This document shows, in pieces, positions 38,513 to 50,031 of a DNA stretch of 64,000 nt. The position numbers and the translations under genes were made by a program. This stretch comes from Paragordius varius. Lineage: Eukaryota > Animalia > Nematomorpha. Below the pieces are notes generated by a model that saw only the letters and a list, made by a program, of their open reading frames with translations, ran no database searches and was not told where the DNA came from. The stretch is from contig OZ176056.1 of NCBI GenBank assembly GCA_964247055.1, positions 7,812,001 to 7,876,000 of the forward strand, in the 5' to 3' direction. The first letter of the stretch is position 1. Every line of letters starts with the position of its first letter.

Positions 38513-40106
38513 TGAAAATAACCTATGTTATGTGCAAATAATAAGAGTAATTCAAACAAAGCCCCAATATTGAGGCCATTTAAGATATACGAAGATATTA
38601 ATGGTCGCTTATTGAACACTATAGTAGTGTGATTTGCAACACAGTAGTATATGGAAAAAAACATAATGTATGTTGAATAAAAAAAATTTTTCCTTTCCCA
38701 CATTACTTTCCTTATTTTATTCAATATTTTATGGTTTTTTCTCTTCACTCCTGCGTTGCAAATTGCCCAACTATAGTGTGAAATATGCAACCATTAAAAT
38801 GCATACTGTTTTTTACACGCGCATGTTAAGAAATAGTGGACATAATTACCTGAAAAACGCTAAAATATATTTATTTGCCCAAATGATTTGATTGTTGTCG
38901 CAAACTAAACGAATTTCATCCGATTTAGATCCGATAGTTTCGATGTCATCAAAACATAATTGAACATTGGTTATTATGAAATTTTTATTGGCCATTTTTT
39001 AAAGTATAATTTAGTAATTTAAAGATTTTTTAATTAATATACTCATTAGAATATTAATATTTTTTGTACGCCTAAATGCAACAATCAAGATTTTAGGATA
39101 AGGTTTTTTTTTCAAATTGATTTTACAATTTGTATTTGTGTCACGAAGGAGTAGGAGTCATTTAATATGTAAATTACCATAGAATGTTTTTTTAGAAAAA
39201 CAACACTAAAAGCGATAAAAAAATTGTGTAGCAAAATATATGGAAAACATATTTAGCCTTTTAATGACTTTGCACATCCTTTAACGAATCAAAAAAATGA
39301 CAAATGATACATCCAGATACACTCTTGATTTTTTTATAAAAATTGCACATTTCAAAAAATGATTTTTTAAACATGGTTAAGCTGACTGATCAGGAAATCA
39401 GTTATAACTATCAAAAAACCGATCAACTTTATATATATATAATATATCATGTGTGAACCCAAGTACAAAATAATGTTGAAAAACTTTAATTTATTGAAAA
39501 CGTCCTTGATTAAGCAAACATCATTAAATTACTCATATATATAAATTAAATAAAATATTTTATCGGTTATGTTTGTATTATCAAAGGGTCACAAAAACTC
39601 AACCCTATTCGCAAATTTTTATGTAATATTTATGCGTATGCAGCAGTATTATTATTTATTCTGTGATAATTATCATATACACACCATAGCTTTAATGATT
39701 TATTGCTTACTGATTATTATATACATACATAAAATAAAATATAAATGTTAAATTCCTAAAGTTTTTCTTACCTGTTTTTTATTACTTTTCAAATAATTTA
39801 TTTTTTATTGCATTTTCTTTTTATGATAATCACACACACAGAAGTTAGTTTTAAATGATAAATATATATAATGTAATTTTCGAAATCAGTTCACTGCTTC
39901 AACAATTTCTAATACTTTAACCTGTGCCTATGCCTACCTATATGTTATCTATCTCTTTGAATTAATTAATTAGTAAATAAAAAAACTTGGAATCATTACG
40001 AAACGATATACATATCGTTCAAGCTTATAAAAATATATACTTTTTAAATGGTTAATTTGATTCGTTTTTCTAATTTTTCTTAAACCTTAAATCGTTTGCT
40101 TTGAAA

Positions 40107-43100
40107 ATGAATGGTACAACTTTACAACAGCAACAGCTAAAACAGAAATATCAAAATTTAACGAAACGTTATTCGGGCAAACTTTCACTGTTTTGGTACG
40201 GAATGACACCGTTAAAGGCATTACTTATATTTTGGTGCTTAGCCATGATTATGGGATTATTGTGTCTAATAAAGTATCAAATACAGCTCCTACCCTCACT
40301 CATCTGGAACAATGCGGAGAAGGATGGTTTTGATAAAAATTCTGTAAGGTACCTACCTTCTCCTGCTTCCGAATATCCTTCCCTATCTTCCTGGTACAAT
40401 TATTTGTTTTCAAACTTCAAATCGAATCAAGCTACCACGTATAAATCAGCATTATTACTCAACAAGTAATTTTAGATTGTTATATATATATATATATATA
40501 TGTTGTTTTATGTGCGAAAAAAAACTTTAAAATTTGACTATTACATTAAACCAAACCGACCACCTTCATGTAAGCCATTTAAATAAGGATATTTATCCAC
40601 ATCATACCTTATTTTAAAAAAGATTAAATTTTATCATTTATAATTGACATTCATAATAAATATCATTATAATTGGTTTTTGGTAACAATTGTTTTATTTT
40701 TGGAATTAGGGAATCAGAAAACCCCGAAATATATTTTAATAACAGTTTTTATCATTATAATATATTGCTATTAAATATTTTTTATGGCATAATTGATAAA
40801 CATTTTCTGCATTGTGTCAATTTTAAACAAATTTCTATTTTTAAGCATATTAAAAAATAAAGGTAAGCCTTGATTTCAAAAGAGCATATTTAATTATTGG
40901 GCTGTTGGAAATGTGGAGTGAATTACAAGAGTGTATTTAAAATGTTTAAGGAGAAATTTACGAAATTTGAGGGTGAATTCAAAACGTTCTAGGGTGAATA
41001 TAACATGCCTAAGGGTGAATTTATATTGTTTAACGGTAAATTTGAATTGTTCAAGACTGAATATTAAATTTTCAAGGGTATATTTAAATTGTTCAAGACT
41101 GAATATTAAATTTTCAAGGGTATATTGAAATTGTTCAAGACTGAATTTTAAATTTTCAAGGGTAAATGGTGTATATAATATAATATATATAAACGATAGT
41201 GAATTTGCTAATAACACATTCTCGTTAAACGGTGAGGATCAATCCCTTACTGAGGAAGACATATTGGAATACAATAAATTAAGCGAAACTCCAATCAATA
41301 ACGACTTATGTTGGATGAATCGAGACGAAGTTTTAAAGTTTGGGGCAATCCAAATGGATAATGTAAACCTCATAAATTACATCAAAACTAATTATATGGA
41401 TTTGCCACAAGACCGAACTATGCCATATAATTTGAAAAATCCCGATATTAAATACCAATCTCAAGTCAAACAAGATATTATTGTGGAGCAATTATTAAAA
41501 AGCAAAGTATTTAATAAAAAGATATAGTTTTTTTTTATTATTAAAATCTTTTCATATTGTATTGAGATATAGTAGGCAATTTATGTTTAATTCTTTTAGA
41601 GGTCTGTTTTTTGGTAAATGATATTGATAACATATAGAATTATATAAGAGAGTCCTCATCCAATCGAAATCGATGGCTAATTACAAGATATCAATATTTT
41701 TGTAATATTTTAAATGAATTCGACTAAGATAAAGTCATAAGAATAATTTTTTCACCGTATACTGCATCGTCGAATAGTATCGCTTTTTGGGATCCAATTT
41801 TTTTAATTTTTATGCGCCATTATTTTTTACAAAAATGCCATTTTACATTGTTTTTTAACGGAATCTCCCGTTGTCAAAATGATGGATTTATTATATTAAA
41901 TGTTTAACTTTAAGATAAATGTCACTATTTTCCTGAATTTTTATATATTATATATTAGACCAATGGGTTCTTTATTGAGGCAGGGGCTCAGGATGGAGAA
42001 TACCTGTCGAATACGCTTTATTTCGAACGTTTTTTGAATTGGACGGGTCTTTTGGTGGAACCATCGCCAAAGCACTATGAAATTCTGAAGGGGAAACGCA
42101 GAAAGGCATATCTAACCAATAGTTGTTTAAGCCCGAAACCATATCCCTTACAGGTAAAAGCTTATCTTAAAAACATTATTAAGTAGTTGTTGGAAAAATT
42201 ATAAAATTTTAACATAAATACATATATCAATAACCAATCCCTTATATGTATTGTATCAAGAAAAATTTATCATAATGTTTAAAGTTTGTGTTATAAGGTA
42301 TAAAAAGGCTATAAATTTTTAAATACAGCATTTTTTGTCCTTTCTGTTGTAATATATGGCATTATTAATAATCATTTTCAGTATACATTTTAATGGCTGC
42401 TTATATGACATAGTGTAGGGCAGGGCTTTCTAAAACTATGGGTCGCGTAGCAAAATTATGGGGTCGCGAGTGATGAAAATACAATATAACATAAAATGTT
42501 TTTTAACTTGTAAAGTTTTGTTATAAATAAAGATAACGATCATCGTAGATAAATATATCATAAAATCTTCTGATTCGGAAAGACTGTTTATACCAGCATT
42601 TCTATTCTAAGTATATTCCCTATATTTATAAAAATAGAAAATGCTGGTTTTGTGATCTGTTTACGGAATATTCAAATCCAAATGTCAAAAAATATAATCA
42701 TTAATAAATGCCACGACAAGAGCTTGGCCATTTTTTTGAATTAGGCCCCCATCGGGCCCACCCCGTGTAAAAATAGGGTTTTTTTTAAATCAGTGGTCCA
42801 CAAAAATCGTGCTTTTGAATTTTCCGGAATACGTGTAGGACATTCGATTTTAAATATGATTTTTTACTTTTTCGATTGCGCCGAACATAGTCGGCCTACT
42901 TTTTTAATTTAGGCTCTCTTTTTACTGGTTTCCCCAGTAAGATGCCATTTTTTTGTAAAAAACAAAATAATTTTTTGTCCAAGGTATGAGACCGTTAAAA
43001 TTCAATGAGGATTCCAGGTATTCCCTGTTAAAAGGCAATTTTAGTCTTGCGTTTTATAAATATTGGCTGTTAGGTGAACGACGCTAAAACTGCGCCACTA

Positions 43101-45069
43101 TTTTAAAATTGCGTTGTTTTGAAGCTAATTTACAGAAATGAAGCCATATGAGCTCATTAAAAGCTTGAAATAGTCGAGCTTTTTTTATTAGCCGTAATTT
43201 GGGGCCTTTATGCCCTAAAAATACCCCTCATATAACGATTATTTAGTGTTGAGGTATTTTTTCGAATAACCCATGAGACGATGGCATAGATGATTCCAAA
43301 AATTTGCCCTCTCAGCGCTTTTCCCATATAGGTCTATGGGCAGGGGTCAAGTTTAAAACTGAGACGCCATACAAAAATGGCGTAGTTTTGTAGCTGATTA
43401 TTAAAACACTTAAAAAGCCATTCGAGTTCAGTTAAACACATTTCTGGGGAATTTGTATAATATCATTCTTTCCTTTAAAAAGGGACCACAAATGATTTAC
43501 TTTTTATATCCCTTGATCCCAGCTGTGTGAACACAATTTCGAAATAGAACTTTCAAAAATGATTTTGTAAAACGAAAATCTTAAAATAAATCCAATGATA
43601 GTTGAATATTAACTTTAATAAGGGACATTTTAAATATGGTCAATTTCGAGTAAACAATATTTCCTATGAAAAAACCCGTAAAAGAATAATTAAAGAGATT
43701 CTTTTTATTAAATATGTTTATTATAATTTTTTATCTCCATTAACTATATTTAATGCAAATTATTGTGAATAATTATCGGTGAGACTACGCCACACCGAAG
43801 CGTGACAGGGCCAGCTAGTATTTTGTATAAATTTACTATGAATCAGAAAATGTTATAAAAATTTAAAAAATGTAGTTTTATTTTTGTCAATTTTTTAAAA
43901 CCTAATCCTGATAAATATTATCAACAAAATTTATAAGTGTTATTTTGAAGAAACTATTATTTTTATTTTATGTTGTTGGGGTCGTTATGAAAACTCGCAA
44001 TCATAAATGGGGTCGGGAACTACAAAAGTTTAAGAAGCCCTGGTGTAGGGCGATTCGGAACACAGTACTGTATGAAAAAAAGAAAGGAAAATATTGTTTA
44101 TTCCATTATGTTGCTTTTTCCATACACTACTGTTGTTGCAAATAGCTTAACTATAGTGTGAAACAAGCAACCGTTAAAATGCATAATGTACTAATATGGC
44201 AGTAATTATATTCAAATTAGGCTGATAAAAAAAAGTTATTAAATCTTTATTTACCATTTACACGTTAGATTCACCCTTAAACGATTCAAATTCACCCTCG
44301 GATAAATATGTGTTTTTAAATTTTAAAAATTACTTATATTATCATATATTTAAAAAACTAAAATTTCATTTAATATTAAAATAATACTGAAAAAAATAGC
44401 TATGCCATAAAGAAATATTTCACATTAATCATGAGTTATACCGAAACACATAATTTATTTTTTCGGGTAAATTTGAATTGTTCAAGGGAAATTTTACCTT
44501 TATATTAGCCCGAAAACACATAATTCATTTTTCAGGGTAAATTTGAATTGTTTAAGGGAAATTTTCCCGGTGAACTCAAAAACGGCACCTAAAGATGTTT
44601 ATTGTTAACTTTGCCAAAATTACTCAAATAATTAAATTTTTTATCCATTTCTAATTATTTATATATGCTTGCATACTATTTGTTGCAAACATAGATTGAT
44701 TTCAACGGACATCAAATCATGGCTGATGGGGTTGAATTATCCAACAATAATAAAATTGCTAAAGTACAATGCTTTCCACTATATTCCCTTTTACTAGCTG
44801 CATTTGGCAGTAATACCTTTCTTTCTGAGGAAACGAAAAAAATTACAATAGATTATTTTAGTTTGGATATAGATGGGCCTGAACTGGAAATATTACAGAC
44901 CATACCATTCGAATTGGTTGATATCCATCTTATTAGTTATGAATTTACACATCATCCCTTCCCTACGGATTGGGTTCATGTTAATAAAACTATAGCTTTC
45001 ATGAAATCCAAAGGATACACCATAGCAAAAGAAACGCTCATAGATTTGATATTTGTTAAGGATTTGTGA
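40107..45069 (+). CDS. Star-like FkbM family (Methyltransf_21) SAM-dependent methyltransferase with N-terminal type II membrane anchor (4 exons, about 411 aa)
   Basis: Exons 40107-40465, 41200-41506, 41959-42153, 44695-45069 with matching phases. Hydrophobic LKALLIFWCLAMIMGLLCLI; motifs GFFIEAGAQDGEYLSNTLYFE..LNWTGLLVEP, VQCFPLYSLLLA and IDYFSLDIDGPELEILQTIPF. Confidence 0.9.
42421..44042. mobile_element. hAT-type non-autonomous element with 8-bp TSD, carrying a Helitron and inserted in a MITE
   Basis: TIRs CAGGGCTTTCTAAAACT / AGTTTAAGAAGCCCTG; exact direct repeat GTGTAGGG at 42413-42420 and 44043-44050. Confidence 0.85.
42617..43818 (+). mobile_element. Non-autonomous Helitron (copy 2, internally deleted)
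   Basis: 5' TCCCTATATTTATAAAAATAG; 3' imperfect hairpin CACACCGAAGCGTG then ACAGGGCCAGCTAG|T. Confidence 0.8.
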
Positions 45070-45505
45070 GAAATTTTTTTAGTAAATTAACATATATAAT
45101 CAGGTTACAAATAAAAAAAATAAATGGTGATATAGATATTAATTATATTTTCATTTTTTAAAACAAAAAATAACAGTACTAGTCGAATATGAAGTGAAAT
45201 AAAAAAGTTCTCTAAATTACATGATAGGATAACAAATGATAAATATTGTTATGTGATTTATTTCGCAAATAACTATGCTATTTTCAAAATACAATTAATG
45301 TTAATTTGGTGTAGGATATAATAAAATAATTTTTAACATATTGATAAGTATAGAGATCATATTTATTAAATTGTGCAATATATATTTATTGATATGATTT
45401 AATCTCTATTAGACTATAGATATAAGTGGACCCGTTTTAAAAAATTAAAAATCTATGAAATAATTGCAAATATATCGGCAGTTATGTTAGTTTAAGGTCT
45501 GTTCC

Positions 45506-48500
45506 CTAACCTTTTTTGACCCCTGAACGAAGGCTTCTACCAGGGTTTAAGCCAGGTGGGAGTTTAACATTAGTAACAATACCATCAACAGTTGCAAATC
45601 CATCCATACTTGTTTGAATTTGATTCTGATTTTTGTGTAATGTGTTAGATGATGCCTTTTTCTTACCTTTATGTTTGGGCGTGTTTGTAGTTTTTTTTCC
45701 ATCAAACTCCATCATCTCACCCATATTTTCCGTAGCATCAGTAAATGTAGATGTAGTATTTCGTAAGGCTTGATAAACTTTAAGAGCATAAGCTCGACAC
45801 TTTTCATGATCTACTATTGGCCTGGGATAATCCACACCCAAAACGAATCCACACTTTTGAGCTATGGCGGGTGGGCATTGCCAAGGTGCGTGAATATACT
45901 TGTCAGGTAATTGTGTGAAAGAAAAAAAAGAATTTTTAGTCTTTACGGATGGTAAATTTCGTTTATTTGTCGTGTGAGCTAGGGTAAGCCATTGCCTTAC
46001 ATATTGCCCGAGAGGGTCAAATTTTGTGCCTTGGAGCACGGGATTAAAAACGCGAAAGTAGGGGGAAGCATCGGCCCCTGTCCCAGCTACCCATTGCCAA
46101 CCCATGGAATTGTTGGCTAGGTCAGCATCTACGAGCGTATCCCAAAACCAAGCGGCACCCGTGCGCCAATCAACGAGTAAATCTTTGGTTAGGAATGAGG
46201 CCGTTATCATACGGACACGATTATGCATGTAACCTTCATACCTATATATATATATATATATATATACCATTTACAGTTCAAATTCACCCTCGAACAATTC
46301 AAATTCACCCTCGAACAATTCAAATTCACCCTTGAACAATTCAAATATACCCTCGAACAATTCAAATTCACCCTTGAACAATTCAAATTCACCCTTATAC
46401 AATTCAAATTCACCCTTAAACAATTCAAATTCACCCTTATACAATTCAAATTCACCCTTAAACAATTCAAATTCACCCTTGAACAATTCAAATTCACCCT
46501 AAAAATAAATTATGTTGTATTTTCGAACTAATACAATTCATTATTAATATGAAATATATGTTTATGTTATAGTTTATTATTTTACAGTATTATTTTAATT
46601 TAAAAAAAAATCTTTATTTTTTAAAAATATATAAAAATATTGGTAATTTTTAATCTTAAAAAAACATATATTTTATTTGAGGGTGAATTTGAATTGTTCG
46701 AGGGTGAATTTGAATTGTTTAAGGGTGAAATTGAATTGTAAATGGTATATATATGAATAAGGAGCATTTAATTGAAGTAAAAAATGAATGAAGAATTAAT
46801 AGGTAGCAAAAAAAATTAGTTTTTTCAAGTCCCACCTCTAATATATATGCCATATACCTTATAAAATAAGGTGTTAGCAATATAAATATATAAAAAAATT
46901 ACGGTAAAGTAAAAAAATGAAGAATTACCAAAAAAATTTCGAATTAAACTCCTATATCCAAAATTTAATTTCTTTTGTTTTTACTTTATTCCATAAAAAA
47001 GATACTACCATGTATCGAAAATTTTGGGTATAGTTCAATTTAATAAATTTTACGAGAATTCAAATTTATATTTAACATTTTTAAAATTATATCGTAACTC
47101 TTGTACCTTCGTTAAAAATTACATTTAAGTAAAAATATAAATTTTTATTAATATATCAAACTAATTAATAGTTAGAGTTGTTCGCAATGAATGTCCATTT
47201 TACCCCTCATAATATCCTAAATAGAATGAAAAAATTACAATAAAAAATTAAAAAAATGAAATTAATATTTGTCAAGACATACATAGTTTAAGTTAACTAT
47301 AGTATATATCCCATAGCTTACAATAAGCTTTTTCTTAAAATAAATAAATATCGTGACTACACACAATGGGAAATTACAGTAAAAAAGTTGGGATAATTAT
47401 TATCAAACCAATTAATAATAGTTTAAGCTATGTATAATATTTCGCCCTTATAATAAGCCCTTTTAATTGGAAATCTATTAGATTAAAAAATGTACTGAAA
47501 TGATAAAGCAAATATTTTTTCAAAGGTAGCTTTATGTCAGTTTTTTAAACGGTGTTTTTTTACTATAATTTGTCTTTATATCTGCCTACAGTTTAATGTT
47601 AAAGCGCCATCTAAGTTATTTTACCACAACTGTTTCATCCCAGCATCGACTATGGGATATCCCGTTTTCCCATACTTCCAAGCCTCAAGTCTTGATTCAT
47701 ACGTATCTTGTTGTTCATTTTTTGTTTTAAGCCCTCCTTGCTCTAACGTATTTTGGGTAGCCCATTGAAATTTATCGAATTCAGGGCGAAAATTTTGTTC
47801 AGGCAGACCAGGGAAATGATATAACAAATAGTATGAGAATTCACGCCACCCCAACTCAGCAATGTACCTAAACATATAAAAAAAGAGTAAAATACTAGGG
47901 TTAAATAAATGGTATCCATCTAACCTTTTTAAAATGAATAAGTACAGAATGAGTAAGTATACCATTTGCGCTTCAAGTTGCTTAAAATTTTCAAATTTTG
48001 ATTTAACCATAATTTTTGCATTTATTTTTTTATTTTATTATTTATAAACCTAATTTTCTTTATTTATTATATATTTAAACAATAAAAAATTTTCTTCAAA
48101 AACCAATTTCCAATTTAACAAAATTTTAAATGTTCAATGAAAAATTGTAAATGATAACCCAGAAAACTTATATATTTTTAATTACGTGTTAAAATCTTAT
48201 AAATATCCAAAATAATTTGAAGAAATTAATTAAGATATACGGTTTCTCAATGATTAAAAGTTGATAATGATTTTAAATTTATGTTAAATAATATAAAATA
48301 GGTTTAAAACGATAAAATAGATGATTGATATACGATTTAATATATAAAAGTTAAAACCAAAAAAGACAAAGGACTAACTTGATATGTTCAAGGACCAACT
48401 TGAAGTGAAGGACCAACTTGAACTGTTCAAGGACACTCTTGAAGTGCAAATGGTATATATATTGCTAAAATTAGTAATTATTTCCAAATAGGATATGCAG

Positions 48501-49981
48501 CTAATAGAATTATTATTGGCTAATAATAGTAAAAAGTGAAAAAAATAAAAAGCCAATAATACTTCCCTCTGCAGCATATGCTATTTGGCAATAATTAATA
48601 AATTCCTAGCAATGTCTACCTACTCATTGTGTATATATAAAAATTATAATTTTTACATAACCTACTATATTTCATATATTGTAATTTCATTATATGAAAG
48701 AGTTGAGTAATTTTTAATAAACGTTTGTTTGCTTGTTAACTATGTAAATAAACACGCCTCATATAACATCCAAAAAAAGTTTTATTAAAAAAATAATTAA
48801 TTCTTTCACTAACTTAGTAATTCTTTCCCCAACAATATATTTAGTTTACCGTAAGCATGGTAAAAATATCAAACGGTTGATTAAAACATTTTTTTCCGCT
48901 ATTTAAATATTAACAATAATAATGAAAAACTTTTTCCATATACTACTGTTTAACGAAAAAAAAAAATTCATATCTTTCAACAAAAAATATAAAATTAAAA
49001 GAATTTACATTGGAAAACTTTAAAACAGATTATGAATTAATGCGTACAACATTCCCACCTTTCTTTCCCACGTATTTTAAGGTGCTTAGCAAACTCACGT
49101 CCAGCAAAAACCGTGTGCCAAATTTGCCAAGGACCTATTTCGCCGAGCGCAAGAGAGGGCGAAAGTCTTGAAGTTCCCACGGGGGAGAATACATTATCAC
49201 GGGCCGTATCATAAGTCAACACTCGATGATTTAGGAAATCGGCCAATCTTTGACGAGCATTTGCTTCTCCGGGTGTCCATGTAGCTCTAAAACCTGAAGC
49301 CCAATCTGGGTGCCTAGGTAACAAGTTAAGATCCGCTAAAGTATCGATAGAAATAAGTTTGGCTAATTCAGTTTGTAGGTGTTTTGAATTATTATTATTG
49401 TCATGTTTAAAAGCGGGACAATCGTAAAGTTTACGCGCAAATGAACTACTTTGTTGTTGTGCTAACAAATGATTCATACAGGCTCGCCAATATGGCGTAA
49501 AAACTTTGAAATAACTCCCATTTTGCGTTTTGATAACATCAGGTTCAATTAACAACGAAGCATTGTAAACTTTGAAATTAATCCCATGAGTAAGGAGTAT
49601 ATTTTTAATTTTCAACTGTTGAGCCTGATAAAATGGTTCAAAAACGTGATTAACATAAACGGTACCAATGTTGAATAAAGCCTTTTGTTTGCATATTACA
49701 TCTAAAATATGGAGTGGATCTCCTTTTTTGATTAACAAACTAACTTTTTGGGAAGAATTGTCTTCCAAACTTGTTTGTAAAGCCTTTAAGCTGTGATGTA
49801 ACCACCATTTCTGCGCAGCACCAATTGGCCAAGGCATTTTAACCGATTCATCTTGGTAGATGTAAAGACAAAACACATTTTGAGATTCCGTAACGGCGTG
49901 CCATAATCCGGGATTATCGAATAATCGTAAATCTTTTCGAAATAAAAATAGGGAATTCGTTTTGCTGGATAATGCTGCCAT
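45506..49981 (-). CDS. phr: CPD photolyase of bacterial class III/class I type with a C-terminal basic extension (3 exons, about 633 aa)
   Basis: Exons 49981-49059, 47867-47625, 46241-45506 (both introns phase 2). Motifs FRKDLRLFDNPGL, GAAQKWWLHHSLKAL, FKVFTPYWR, WTPGEANA, GTSRLSP.LALGEI, ELGWREF, WKYGKTGYPIVDAGMKQLW.EGYMHNRVRMITASFLTK, WFWDTLVDADLANNSMGWQWVAG.GAD..PYFRVFNP, KFDP.G.YVRQW, LPDKYIHAPW. Confidence 0.93.
46267..46745. mobile_element. 21-bp-repeat MITE with an expanded left arm (about 11 units) in photolyase intron 2
   Basis: ta|CCATTTAC...GTAAATGG|ta; explains the spurious ORFs 46207-46497, 46223-46531 and 46271-46486. Confidence 0.85.
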
Positions 49982-50031
49982 ATAGAATAATTCAGGTATC
50001 AGATGACAATATTACATTATGGTAATTTCAT
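49982..50031. promoter_or_regulatory. 50-bp spacer between divergent start codons (inferred bidirectional or overlapping promoter region)
   Basis: Photolyase ATG at 49981 (-) and PTP ATG at 50032 (+). Regulatory function is inferred from geometry only. Confidence 0.45.

Noticed and set aside
46207-46531. Regular 21-bp repeats and ORFs with periodic peptides (also 40894-41217, 40931-41128) resembling a CRISPR array or repeat protein
   Set aside because: The units are contiguous with no unique spacers, no cas genes are present, and they form the inverted arms of a multi-copy MITE.
49093-49098. Strong-looking donor GTGAGT for photolyase exon 1
   Set aside because: It is phase 1 but the next exon needs phase 2. 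The donor at 49058 restores the frame and the expected spacing to ELGWREF. RNA-seq is still needed.
45506-49981. Photolyase as bacterial contamination or a mis-joined contig
   Set aside because: The CDS is split by two GT-AG introns containing host MITE copies and (TA)n tracts, and is flanked by eukaryotic genes.
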